A DNA stretch of 64,000 bases from Mobula hypostoma. Lineage: Eukaryota. The stretch is from the NCBI RefSeq assembly GCF_963921235.1, contig NC_086108.1, positions 95,606,001-95,670,000 of the forward strand, read 5' to 3'. The notes under the pieces are model-generated. The model had not been told where the DNA came from. It ran no database searches and saw nothing but the letters and a program-made list of their open reading frames with translations. Every line of letters begins with the position of its first letter. The stretch's first letter is position 1. The translations under genes and the position numbers were made by a program. Shown piece after piece: positions 1 to 12,389 of the stretch.

Positions 1-390
1 CACTGGACTTCACTAAACCATTCTCCCTAGCGACGGAGGCTAGATGAAGCTGCAGGGGCGGTGCTATTACAGAGAGGAGATGATGGTATTGAACATCCGG
101 TGGCCTACTTTTCCAAAAAGTTTAATGTGCACCAGAAAAATTACTCGACAATAGAAAAGGAATTGCTGTCTCTCATTTTTGCATTACAACATTTCGAGGT
201 TTACGTCAGTCCCGCACAAAAGCCGTTAGTGGTGTACACTGACCACAACCCTTTGGTGTTTTTAGATAAGATTAAAGATCGAAATCGGCATTTATTAAAC
301 TGGAGCCTGTGCTTACAGCAGTTTGATATCGAGATAAGACACTTAAGGGGTACAGACAATGTCATTGCGGATTGCCTATCCCGCTGTTAA
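1..390 (+). mobile_element. Ty3/Gypsy-type (probably Gmr1-like) LTR retrotransposon, pol C-terminus (RT-linked RNase H), frameshifted
   Basis: LDFTKPFSLAT.../AGAVLLQ...HPVAYFSKKF...NYSTIEKELL...VYTDHNPL...NVIADCLSRC* is a Ty3/Gypsy RNase H. There is a frameshift near nt 42-45 and a stop at 388-390. Confidence 0.88.
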
Positions 391-516
391 AAATGCTGAC
401 AAAATGTGTAAATGCTTAATGTACACTCTGTGAAGTAGAATGTAGTGCTTGGTGTGCAAAATCTGTGAGTGAGCAAAATTTTGCTCGAAGATCAAAATTT
501 TCCCAACCGAGGAAGG

Positions 517-739
517 TGTCACGCAGGTGAGAAACTGCTAGGAAGTTCAGCAGTCTAATGAACAAGGAGGAGAGGGAGAGAGGGAGAGAGGGAGAGAGGG
601 AGAGAGGGAGAGAGGGAGAGAGGGAGAGAGGGAGAGAGGGAGAGAGGGAGAGAGGGAGAGAGGGAGAGAGGGAGAGAGGGAGAGAGGGAGAGAGGGAGAG
701 AGGGAGAGAGGGAGAGAGGGAGAGAGGGAGAGAGGGAGA

Positions 740-810
<71 letters not shown>

Positions 811-1306
811 GCGCAAGCTGAGACACACAAGCTGTGAAGTCACCATGGTAACAGCTCAGAGCGGTTGAGCTAACGGATGCTGGAATTTTGGATGGATTAT
901 AAAAAGTTGATCCTTCGGTCTGATAACGGCAGAGGGGACACGACACGAGAGAACTGGGGAAGCTACCCGAGAAACCCCTGCTGGAGTTTAAGACCACCAT
1001 GAGGGTGGAGGCGACGGACCGGTTAACTTCAACCTGGGATTACCAGTGTGGGTAAGAGCTTGCCTGTGGGGGTCTGCTGGTGGTGCCGTGGGTTAGTAGA
1101 CTGTTCCCTAGAAGGGGCTCTGTCCATCTGTGTCTGTGTGGGAGTCACACGAAGTGACTCTGAAGACTTGGAAAGCAAGAACAATTAAAGCTTTAATGAT
1201 ATTAATTCATAGTAGTAATAAATACAGTCTTAATTTATAGTAAACCAGACTCCAGGTGTGTTCCATTTCTGCTGGTCCTTTTCAACCTGTCACGGGGTTT
1301 GTGACA
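517..1306 (+). mobile_element. 3' LTR of the Gypsy/Gmr1-like element
   Basis: A polypurine tract gaggaagg (509-516) directly precedes TGTCAC at 517. The element ends in GTGACA at 1301-1306 (perfect 6-bp inverted termini). AATAAA lies at ~1217-1222. Confidence 0.75.
564..808. repeat. Compound polypurine microsatellite: (GGGAGAGA)n followed by (GA)n
   Basis: Directly visible ~245-nt purine-only tract. It explains the spurious SLSP and ERER ORFs. Confidence 0.98.
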
Positions 1307-1459
1307 GTATCCTGTATTTAAGGTAAATATTTCTGTTTATTTTGTAATATGATTGTAACTACAATGTGGAGTGCATCATATTCTAGTTCATGTGTAGGAG
1401 TTAACCTACCCCTACACCTCCTCCCTCACTACTATTCAGGGCCCCAAACAGTACACGCA

Positions 1460-3155
1460 GCTTATGGCAAGGTCTGCACACCCTCAGACTTCAAAGCTAA
1501 ACGCAGTAGAGTTTCCAACATCGATGCCTCTCTCTCAGACAAGCTAAATCTTTTTTATGCTCGATTCGATGTTGCCAATACTGAGCCCGAGGAGATCTGA
1601 AGATGATGCGACCGGCAGCTTGGTAATCTCCAAGGCCGAAGTACGCAGGTGTTTCCAACGAGTGGGCAGTCACAAGGCTGCGGGACCAGATGGCATCCCA
1701 GGGTGGGTACTCAGAATGTGTGCGGCACCACTGGCTGGTGTGTTTACAGATATTTTTAATCTCTCCCTCTCCCAGTGTAGAGGGCCCTCCTCCTTTAAAA
1801 GATCCACCATTGTCTCTGTACCTAAAAAGACCAAGGTAACATGTCTGAACGACACTCACCTCAATAATAATAATAATAAACAAATGCTTTAAGAGGCTGA
1901 TCAAGGACTACATCTGCAGCACGCTGCCACCCACACTGGTCCCCCACTACAATTCGCCTACTGACACAACCGATCAACAGAGGACGCAATAACCACAGCT
2001 CTACACACCATCCTTACATATCTGTAGAAGAAGGACGCTTTTGTGAGAATGCTGTTCTTGGACTACAGTTCAGCATTCAACATCATAACTCCCGCCAGGC
2101 TCGACAAGAAGCTCAGAGACCTCAGCTTTCATCCTGCCTTGTGTAGCTGGATCCTGGACTTCCTGTCAGATCGCTGGTAGATGGTAAGAATGGGCTCCCT
2201 CACCTATGCCCCTCTGACCCTCAACACAGGTACCCCTTAGGGCTGTGAACTAAGCCCCCTCCTTTACTCTCTGTATACCCATGACTGTGTCGCCACCCTC
2301 AGCTCCAATCTGCTAATTAAATTTGCTGTTGCCACTACACTGATTGACCTCATCTCAAATAATAATGAGGCAGCCTACAGAGAGGAAGTCATCACTCTGA
2401 CAGCAGTGTCAAGAAAACCTCTCCCTCAATGTTGCAAAAACAAAGGAGCTGGTTGTCGACTACAGGAGGAATGAAGACAGCCTAACCCTATAGACATCAA
2501 TGGATCTGAGGTTGAGAGGGTGAACAGCTTTAAGTTCCTTGGCATACACATCACTGAGGATCTCACGTGGTCAGTACATACCGGCTGTGCGGTGAAAAAG
2601 GCACAACAGCGCCTCTTTCATCTCATACGGTTAAAGAAGTTTGGTATGGTCCCCCAAATTCTAAGAACTTTCTATAGGGGCATGATTGAGAGCATCCTAA
2701 CTGGCTGCATCACTGCCTGATATGGGAACTGTACTTCCCTCAATTGCAGGACTCTGCAGAGAGTAGTGCGGACAGCCCAGCGCATCTGTAGATGTGAACT
2801 TCTCACTATTCAGGATATTTACAGAGACAGGTGTGTAAAAAAGGTCCGAAGGATTATTGGAGACCTGAGTCACCCCAACCACAAACTGTACTAGCTGCTA
2901 CCATCCAGGAAATGGTACTGCAGTATAAAAGCCAGGGCCAACAGGCTCTGGGACAGCTTCTTCCACCAGGCCATCAGACTGATTAATTCATACTGACACA
3001 ACTGTATTTCTATGTTATTTTGATTATCCTATTGTACATAATATTTATTATAAAGTACTATAACTTGCACACTGCACTTTTAGACGGAGACGTAATGTAA
3101 AGATTTTTGCTCCTCATGTATATGAAGAATGTAAGTAATAAAGTCAATTAAATTC
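1460..3155 (+). mobile_element. Rex1/Babar-type LINE, RT region and 3' end, degenerate
   Basis: LSDKLNLFYARFD; KAAGPDGIPGWVLRMCAAPLAGVFTDIFNLSL; RMLFLDYSSAFN; SFKFLGIHITEDLTWS...KKAQQRL. Multiple stops and frameshifts, and an AATAAA-containing tail near 3140-3155. Confidence 0.88.
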
Positions 3156-3157
3156 AA

Positions 3158-3872
3158 CAGTTCTTCCAGGTGAGGGGACACTTCACCTGTGAGTCTGTTG
3201 GGGTCACCTACTGTATCCGGCGCTCCCGGTGAGGCCTCCCGTACATCGGGCAGACCCGACATAGGTTTGCTGAGCACCTATGGTCATTCCGCCAGAAAAG
3301 GTGGATCCCCTTCCCATTCCCATTCCAACATGTCAATAGATGGTCTCCTTAACTGTCATGATGAGGCCACATTCAGGTTGGAGGAGCAACAACTTATATT
3401 CCGTCTGGGTAGTCTCCAGCCTGATGGCATGAAGATCAATTTCTCGAACTTCCAGTAATGCCCTACCCCTTTACCGTTCCCCATTCCCTTTTCCCTCTCT
3501 CACCTTATCTCCTTACCTGCCCATCACCTCTGATGCTCCTCCTCCTTTTCTTTCTTCCACGGCCTTCTGTCCTCTTCTGTCAGATTCCTCCTTCTCCAGC
3601 CCTGTATCTCATTCATGAGTCAACTTCCCAGCTCTTTACTTCACCCCTCCACCCCAGTCTCACCTATCACCTTGTGGTTTTCCCTCCCTCCTTACCCCCA
3701 CCTTTTAACTCTAATTCCTCATCATTTTTTCTCCAGTCCTGATGAAGAGTCTCTGCCTGAAACATTGACTATACTCTTATCCATAGATGCTGCTTGGGCT
3801 GCTGAGTTTCTCCAGCATTTTGTATTGTGTTGCTTGGATTTCCAGCATCCACAGATTTTCTCTTGTTTGTGA
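3158..3872 (+). mobile_element. Penelope-like element 3' fragment (GIY-YIG endonuclease remnant plus terminal repeat with a decayed hammerhead motif)
   Basis: FTCESVGVTYCI...YIGQTRHRFAEHL...EEQQLIFRLGSLQPDGMKINFSNF, then a pyrimidine-rich UTR and AGTC-CTGATGA...GAAAC...GACT at 3735-3770. Confidence 0.8.
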
Positions 3873-5814
3873 TTAGGCTGCCAGGAGTTTACATCAGACA
3901 AAGTATGTGTAATATTGACAGTTTTCTTTTCACTATTTTTGCAAATTTGGTTTTTGATGCACCTAATAAACAGCCTTGCACAAAAGTGCTAACCAACTCC
4001 AGCCATTTTTTCCTTTGGTCACAACCCATGGATCTAACATAATTAATTTAAAAACAACAAAATTAATTAAAATCTGAAGAAGCAATTATGTATATCAAAA
4101 CAAACAGTGAATAACTGTTTCTGCTCCTAACATTCAGGCTGGGATTTCCTATTCAAATTAGTAGGATCTCCAATTTTATGCTGCACATTTGCCAGCAAAC
4201 AGGGCTCTGCTGTCAGATTCCAAGTGAAGGGCAGAAACAAAATGAAACAACAAATGTGCCAGGATTTGCCTCACAGCATGTCACACACGCGGAGATTTTC
4301 TGTAAATCGGAGAGGTAAGGGGGAAAAGCTGAATTCTGATAGTTCTGCACTACATGATAGAAGCATAGCAAATGGGAACTTACATAAATCATTTGAGCCT
4401 CTGAGCTAGCTCCACCAATCAAAAGATCATGGCTGATCATCCAAATTCTGTACCCTGTTCCAGCTTCCTCTCCATATTCCTTTCTTCTTCTAACCTAACC
4501 TAACCTAAGAGAAACTTCTTTAGGAGCAATTGTAGCTCCAAAAGTAACTGTGAAGAGGGAAATGGGTGTCATCTGAATCTAGGTACTAATGTTAGAATTG
4601 CAAATCTAAACCTTGTTTACTGTTAGATTTGGGTTAACTTTGAACCTGGCATTTTAAGCTTGATTTTAAAAATCAGTTTCAAAAGCTCGGTCTACCCACA
4701 CATTTTCTTGGCTTATTGAGGCAATGTTTAAATCAATATGTGCAACTACTTGCATATATAAAGCTTTTAACATCAAAACATCTTCCCACCGATGAATAAT
4801 TAATTGAGATGAACGTGACAAGAAATAAACTTCTGGTGTTTGTACGCAGATTGAAGGATTTATAATCTGTATACCGACTATATATTGAACTTGTATCACA
4901 AGTACAGAATTAAAATTTTTGAAGTTCAAGCTGATTTTCAGAGTGAAAAGAAGTATGTGGTAACTTTCACCAGTTTTCAGAGCATTAGCACTCAAAACAT
5001 TCTTCTTCAAAAATAAACATATTTTGTCTTTGAATGATAAGAAATCATTTCACCAAGTTTGCATTTGACATGAAGTTCAAAAATAATAAATAGTAAGGAA
5101 TTTAAAATGGACAGAAGTGTGACGAAACACGCAGCAATAAAATGATCTATTTTCATTGAAAGAATGGGGAAAAATAAGTATTAAATATTGCAATTTTAAC
5201 ATGAGTACTAGAACCCTGTTGCACTGATTTTTAAAGGTTGAGATCATCATTCTATAAAAGAATCCTAGACTTCAAAACAAGTCCAAAAAGGTATACATGC
5301 ACTTACATAGTAATTTATAAACCATTAGTGAAGCCTTGAATTAAATAATCTATCCTGGCTTGGATATTACACTCAGTTTTAGAAAGCATGCAGAGGAAAT
5401 TTTCTAGAAAGGTATCAGATCAGCCATGATCTTATTGAATGGAACAGCAGGCTCGACAGGCCAGATGGCCCACTCCCGCTCCTATTTCTTATGCTCTTAT
5501 GTGGTGAGATTAGAGAAGCTGGGATACAACAGGAATTATCAGGGTAAAATTATGGGGTACAATTTTCATAAGTCTTTAGAGTAAACAAGATGAATCTTCA
5601 GTGTAGAGGCAAAGTCGCCAATAGAAAACACAGATTTAATGTTAACTGACAAAACATCCATATTGAGATAAGTCGTTTTAAACGCATCAAGCTATGATCG
5701 TAAATGCATTGAAAAAGATAGGAGCAGATGATCTAAAGATAGCTTATAAAATGTAATTATGTAAATACCTTAAGAGTAAAAACTAAATGATTAAGAGAAA
5801 ATAATAAATGGGAC

Positions 5815-6065
5815 TATAAGATCATAAGACATATGAACAGAATTAGGCCATTCAGCCCATCAAGTCTGCTCTGCCATTCCAAAATGGCTGATTTATTATT
5901 CCTCTCAACCCCATTCTCCTGCCTCCTCCCTGTAACCTTAGATGCCCTTACTAATCAAGAACATATCAACCTCTGCTTTAATTATACCCAATCACTTGAC
6001 CTTCACAGCCATCCATGGCAAAGAGTTTCACAGATTCACTACCCTCTGGATAATGAAATTCCTCT
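5815..6065 (-). mobile_element. CR1 LINE 3'-end fragment
   Basis: Reverse complement shows the (F)QRVVNLWNSL motif and the CR1-type 3' UTR. Confidence 0.65.
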
Positions 6066-6339
6066 AAATGGATATCATTTTCAAAAGTAATTGTTCATAA
6101 CACAATGGATCCAACACCCTCACTTTTGATGCTTGTTTATTCATTTTTCACATGACATTATGAGGAAACAGGCAGCAGCCGTGACTACACAAGCTGAGAA
6201 GTACTTTGAGACATACTGAGAACATTATAACTACACATTCTATATAATATTCAGAAAACAATGGACAAGAAAATGAATTTCTCACCACTTTAGTTATGAA
6301 CTTAATTTATACCCCAAGTTTTAAAAATAGCTCACTTAC

Positions 6340-6454
6340 ACAATCTAGCAGAAATTCTTCTGTGACATTTACTTCAAGTAGACGTTCAACGATATGAAGA
6401 GCTTTAGCCTCACATTCACGCTTCTTCTTCAGAGCTGCCTCTAATGCAGCTTTT
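6340..6454 (-). CDS. RPAP2: RNA polymerase II-associated protein 2 (CTD phosphatase RPAP2), second coding exon (115 nt)
   Basis: ctgcag|A AAA GCT...GAT TGT|gtaagt encodes (R)[38 protein letters not shown], matching human [39 protein letters not shown]. Starts in phase 2, ends in phase 0. Confidence 0.95.
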
Positions 6455-6544
6455 CTGCAGGTGATAAACAGAGGCCAAAAGGGAACTTCGTTAGAATGGT
6501 TGAATTTTACTTTGTTCAACTAACAATTATTTTCTATGTGAACA

Positions 6545-7490
6545 ATTTATTTTGTCATCCACATCAGTGAACTGGATGACAATGTGGTTAACTGGATCAC
6601 TAAATTTGCAGATGACACCAAGATCGGGAGTGTAGTGGACAGTGAGGAAGATTATCGGAGCTTGCAGTGGGATCTGGACCAGCTGGAAAAATGGTAGATG
6701 TAATTTAATACAGGCAAGTGTGAGGTTGTGTACTTCAGCACAACCAACCAGCTCTTACACAGTGAACAGTAGGGACCTGAAGAGTGTGGGAGAACAAAGG
6801 GATCTGGGGAAAAAGGTCAATAATCATTGAAAGTGTCAGCACTGGTAGAAAGAATCATTAAGAAAGCTTTGCCACTTTGGCCTGGAAGTATTAAGTACAG
6901 GAGATGGGGCGCTATGTTGAAGTTGTATAAGACATTGGAGAGGCCTAATTTGGAGTACTGAGTGTAGTTTTGATTACCTACCTACAGGAAAGATGTAAAT
7001 AACGTTGAACGAGTGCAAAGAAAATTGAGAAGGATGTTGCTGGGACTGGAAGACCTAAGTTATAAGGGAAGATTGGAGAGGTAGGACTTTATTCCTTGGA
7101 ACGTAGAAGATTGAGGGGAGATTTGATAGAGGTATACAAAATTATGAGGGGTACAGACAGGGTAAATGCAGGCAGGCTTTTTCCACTGATGTTGGGTTAG
7201 ACTACAACTAGAGGTCATGGGTTAAAGGTGAAAGGTGATAAGTTTAAGGGGAACATGAGGAGAAACTTCTTCACTCTGAGGATAATGAGAGTGTGGAGTG
7301 AGCTGCCAGTGCATGTGGTGCATGGAAGCTCGATTTCAACTTTTAAGAGAAATTTGGATAGGTACATGGATGGTGGGGGTCTGGAGGTCTATGGTCTCAG
7401 AACAGACTGATGGGAGTAGGCAGTTTAAATGGTTTGGCATGGACTAGATGGGCAGAAAGGCCTGCTTTTGTGCTGTACTTTTCTATGACT
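6545..7490 (+). mobile_element. CR1 LINE, RT C-terminal part and 3' UTR, degenerate
   Basis: KFADDTKIG, LYKTLERPNLEY, RRRLRGDLIEVYKIMRG, NFFTLRIMRVWSELP. Confidence 0.9.
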
Positions 7491-7559
7491 CTTCCACACA
7501 ATTCTTCACCAGAGATCTAAATTCTTTATTCTTCAAAGGGTTAAGTCCAATTTGTAGCT

Positions 7560-8400
7560 GTCACGATCAAAATAAAATTTATTATCAAAGTTACCATATA
7601 CCACCTCGAGATTAATTTTCTTGCAGGTATTTGTAGGATAATAAAGAAATATAATAGAATTTATGAAAAAACTGTAAATAAACAAAGACAAACAGATAAT
7701 CAATGTGAAAAAGAGGCAAATTGTGCAAATAAAAAATACTGAGAACATGAGTTGTTGAGTCCTTCAAAATGAGTCTGTAGTTTGTGGGATCAGTTCAGAG
7801 TTGTGGTGAGTGAATTAATCCACGCCAGTTCAGGAGTCCGTTGGCTGTAGGGTAATAACTGTTCCTGATAGTTGCAAGCTACAACAAGCTACATCACGTC
7901 ATAGTAAGGAAACTGCTCTACAACAGACAACAAAGCTTTACAACAGGTAGTCAAAACTGCGCACCACATCACTGGCACCAGCCTACCCACTGTCAAGAAC
8001 ATATATACAGAAAGGACCTGGAAAAGGGACAGTAATATCATGAAAATCCCACCCACCCTGCTCATAGACGGTTTGTCCCACTTGCCTCAGGGAGGAGACT
8101 ACGTAGCACCCATGCTAGAACCATCAGATGCAAAAACAGTTACCCTCCCTCAGCAGCAAGGCCAATCAACATACCTACATCTCCAACTACTTTAACATTT
8201 CCTGTCAGTTACCTTATGTGCAGATACTCTGTTCCTAGCGTCACTTTATGGACTTACACTCAATCTACATATATAAGCCATCTTATGTATTTATCTTTAT
8301 TGTGTCTTTAAATTATTACTGTTGTGTTATTGTGCTGCCTTGGATTCAGAGTAACAAGTCCACTTGTGTACTGGAAATGACATTAAACAATCTTGAATAT
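7560..8400. mobile_element. Rex1-related 3'-end fragments (two adjacent pieces)
   Basis: LQQVVKTAHHITG...PTHP...PLASGRRLRS-like remnant with an AT-rich tail (7866-8400, +). An adjacent piece in the opposite orientation lies at 7560-7865. Confidence 0.55.
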
Positions 8401-8419
8401 TGAACCTGGTGGTGGTGAA

Positions 8420-10225
8420 TCAAGATCAAGGAACTTCGAAATAAGAATAGGGTAATTCTTTGATAAGATTGTATTACAGGACCCCCAATAGTCAGTGGGA
8501 ATTAGATGAAGAAATATGTAGAGCGATCAGACAGCTGGAAGAATAATAGGACTGGAGTATTAGTAGAGTTCAGCTTTCCTCATATTGACTGGGATTGCCA
8601 TGGTAACAAGTGCTTGGATGAGGTGGAATTTGTTAAACGTGTCCAGGGAGGTTTTGTTAAATGGTACATAAATGACCACACTAGAGAGGGGCAACCGTCA
8701 ACCTCCTGTTGGGAATGAGTCTGGGCAAGTGACAGAAGTGTCAATGCAGTTTGGCACCAGTGGCCATAACTATGTTAATTTTAAATTAGTTATGAAATAA
8801 GACAGGATTGGTCAATCCTAAATAGGAAGTAAGGCAAACTTTGAAGGCATTATACAAGAATTTATAAAGGTTAATCAGAAAGGCTGTTTGCAGGTAAAGG
8901 GTGGCTAAGTGCATGGCCCAGCAGCACAGCAATTAGTGCAATTGCTTTACAGTACCAGCCATCACCAACTGGGGTTCAATTCCCGCTGCTGTCTGTAAGG
9001 AGTTTGTACATTCTCTCCGTGACCACGTGGCTTTCCTCCACATTCCAAAGATATACAGGGTTAGAGTTAGTAAGTTGTGAGCATACTATACCAGGGCTGG
9101 AAGAACGGCAAAGGATCGCTGCCCCCTCCGCAGTTCTCGCTGATTTCATTTGACGCACACAACACATTTCATTGTGTTCTGATGTTTCAATGTATATATG
9201 ACAAATAAAGCCAAACTTCATCTTTTCTCTAAGAATTTTAAAAGTGAGATAAAGAGAGTTCAGGGACAGCATGCTCCTGTTAGACGGCAGAGATCAGATA
9301 TGTCAGGAACAGGCAGCTAGGATCAGGTGATCAAATGAATCCTTGAGTAGAAGAGATGTAAAAGTACATTTACAATGGCAAAAAGAGAACGAGGTAGTTT
9401 TGACAGATAAGGCAAGGGAGAATCCTAAGTATATGAAATGAAGAGTAAGAAGTAATTAGGGAAGGAATAAGTTCCATCTAAGTGTTAGCCACAGGAGTTG
9501 GCAAAGGAGTTAAATGAATATTTCTCATCTGTACTTCCAGGGGAGAAGGTCACAGAAACTAAGAAATCAAGGAAATGATAGTGATATATTGGAACATATA
9601 CAGATGGAGAAGGTGCTGAGGGGCTGATGACAAATTAAGGTGAATAATTCCCCAGGGCCAGATCAAGTGTATCCTACAAGATTGTGGGATATTAGAGAAG
9701 AAACTGCAGGGGCCCTGGTAGGGATTTGCAACAGCTTCAGCTGGGGTGAGGAGCTGAAAGGCTGAGGGGAATTAAATTTTTACCTTTAATTAAAAATTAA
9801 TTGCAAGAGCAAGCCAGGGAACTATAAGCCGGAAAGCCATCGTCAAGGGTAAGAAAGTTCCAAAAGGGATTCTGAGGGATATGGTCTACCAGCATTTGGA
9901 AACGCAGGAACTGACAAATGATGGTCAGCAAGGCTTTGTGCATGGGATATCATACCAATTTGAGTGTTTTGAGGAGATAATGAAGAAGATTGATGAGGGC
10001 AGGGTGGTACATGTAGTCTATATGGGCTTTAGCAAGCCCTTTTAAAACTTCTCACATGCTAGACTATTCTGGCAGGTTTGATCACATAGGATCTTTGTAA
10101 CCAATTGGATACAAAATTGGAAGGAGGCATAGGGTGGTAGTGGAGAGTTGTCATTCATATTGGACACTGATGACCGATAGTGTGCTGCAGGGATTAACTG
10201 GGTCCACTGTTGTCATTTATATTAA
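8420..10225 (+). mobile_element. Old CR1 LINE ORF2 (endonuclease end and RT), continuing at 12390-13220
   Basis: YYRTPNS, FSFPHIDWD, EFVKRVQ, NSPGPDQVYP, PGNYKP and SQQGFV remnants. Interrupted by a SINE and by a Rex1 element. Confidence 0.8.
8915..9220 (+). mobile_element. tRNA-derived SINE (HE1/V-SINE-like) inserted in CR1
   Basis: B-box ggttcaattcc, then ctgtaaggagtttgtacattctctccgtgaccacgtgg and a tail ending near aaataaagc. Confidence 0.7.
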
Positions 10226-10229
10226 TCAC

Positions 10230-12385
10230 CTCAGAATCAGAATCGGGTTTAATATCACCAGCATATGTCGCGGAATTTGTAAAACTTTGCAGCAATGGTA
10301 ACAATGAGAAGAGAGCATGTCCTGGATGGTGGAGGTTCTTAATGATGGTTGCTGCCTTTTGGAGAGAAGGGGGATGAGAGGAGACATGATAGAGGTGTAC
10401 AAGATAATAAGAGGAATAGACCCAGTGTATAGCCAGCGCCTCTTCCCCAGGTCACCACTGCTCAATACAAGAGGACATGGCTTTAAGGTAAGGGGTGGGA
10501 AGTTCAAGGGGGATATTAGAGGAAGGTTTTTTACTCAGAGAGTGGTTGGTGCGTGGAATGCACTGCCTGAGTCAGTGGTGGAGGCAGATACACTGGTGAA
10601 GTTTCAGAGACTACTAGACAGGTATATGGAGGAATTTAAGGTGGGGGCTTATATGGGAGGCAGGGTTTGAGGGTCGGCACAATATTGTGGGCCGAAGGGC
10701 CTGTACTGTGCTGTACTATTCTATGTTCTATGTCTATGTATGAAGGCTAGTGCCCATGATGGATGGAAGTTTACAACTCTCTGCAGCTTAGTTTGATCCT
10801 GTGCAGTAGTGCCCCACCCCCCCGCCCCACACCAGACAGTGATGCAGCCAGTTAGAATGCTCTCCATGGTACGTCTGTAGAAACTTGCAAGTGTCTTAGG
10901 TGACATACTAAATCTCCTCAAAGTCCTAATGAAATATAGCTGATGTCTTGCCTTCTTTATAGCTGCATCAATATGTTGGGTCCAGGTTAGATCCTCAGAA
11001 ATACTGACACCTAGGAACTTGAAATTGCTCACTCTCTCCACTTTTGATCCCTCTATGAGGATTGGTGTGTGTTTCCTTGTCTCACCGTTTCTGAAGTCTA
11101 CAACCAATGTTTTGGTCTTACTGATGTTAAGTACGAGGTTGTTGCTGTGACACCACTTCACTAGCTGATACATCTCGCTCCTTCTCATCTCCATCTGAGA
11201 TCCTGCAGTAATGGTTGTATCATCAACAAATTTACAGATGGCATTTGAGCTGTGCCTAGCCACACAGTCATGGGTGGAGAGAGAGTAGAGCAGTGGGTTA
11301 AGCACACACCCTGAGATGCATCAGTGTTGATTGTCAGTGAGGTGGAGATGTCATTTCCAGTCTGCGCAGATTGTGGTCTTCTGCTTAGGAAGTCAAGGAT
11401 CCAGTTGCAGAGGGAGGTACAGAGGCCCAAATTCTGGAGCTTTTCAATCAGAACTGTAAGAATGATGGTGTTAAAACACTGAGCTGTAGTCAATAAACAG
11501 CATCCTGACATAGGTATTTGTATTGTCCAGGTGATCCAAGGCCATGTGAAGAGCCAATGAGCTTGCATCCACCGTAGACCTATTGTGGCGATAAACAAAT
11601 TGCAGTGAGCCCAGGTCCTTACTGAGACTGGAGTTGATTCTAGCTATAACCAACCTCTCAAAGCGCTTCATCACCGTAGACATGAGTGCTACTGGATGAT
11701 AATTGTTAAGGCAGCTCACATTGCTCTTCTTGGGCACTGGTATAATTGTTGTCCTTTCAAAGCCAGTGGGAACTTCTGACTGTAGCAGTGAGAGACTGAA
11801 AATGTCATTAAACACCCCCACCAGTTGGTTGGCACAGGTTTTCAGAGCCTTGGCAGGTACTCCATTAGGGCCTATCACCTTGTGAGGGTTCACCCTCCTG
11901 AAAGAAAGCCTGGCGTCGACCTCTGAGAGAGATCACAGGGTCACCAGGTACTGCAGGGATCCTCATAGCTGTAGCTTTAGTCTCCCTTTCAAAGCGAGCA
12001 TAAGAAGGCATTGAGCTCGCCTGAGAGTGAAGCATCACTGCCATTCACGACGGTGGGTTTCGCTTTGTAAGAAGCAATGGCTTGCAAACCCTGCCAGAGT
12101 TGATGTATATCCAATTTTGCCTCCAACATCATCCAGAATTGTTCCCTAGCTCCTGAAATAGCCCTGAAGAAGTCATACCTAGTTTTCTTGTACAGACTTA
12201 GGTCACGAGACTTAATTGCCACAGATCTAGCCCTCAGCAGATTACAAACCTCCCAGTTCATCCACAGCTTTACTCATCCACAGGTTTTATTGAAGTCAGT
12301 GACAGCCATGGCGTACTCATTCAGACCCAGTTCACTGATTCAAAGCAGCTTCACAATGTTGTTAATAAATTTACTTTGAACTTTA
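10230..12385 (-). mobile_element. Rex1/Babar-type LINE (RT region), degenerate, nested in CR1
   Basis: ORFs 11471-11893 (GPNGVPAKALKTCANQLVGVFNDIF...MLFIDYSSVF) and 10721-11305 (LLYSLSTHDC...KFVDDTT...FKFLGVSISEDLTW). Confidence 0.9.
10358..10735 (+). mobile_element. Young CR1 3' fragment inserted in the Rex1 element
   Basis: RGDMIEVYKIIRG...TRGHGFKVRGGKFKGDIRGRFFTQRVVGAWNALP, ending in a ctatgttctatgt tail. Nearly identical to 16990-17360. Confidence 0.92.
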
Positions 12386-12389
12386 ACAT

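Noticed and set aside
416..1000. ORFs with SLSP/LSLS/ERER repeats (416-1000, 547-846, 555-830, 558-821)
   Set aside because: These are translations of the GA-rich microsatellite, not genes.
1..6339. Next RPAP2 exon (zinc-finger region, ITPAHY...CGYPLC)
   Set aside because: I found no matching sequence on the minus strand. It probably lies left of the window.
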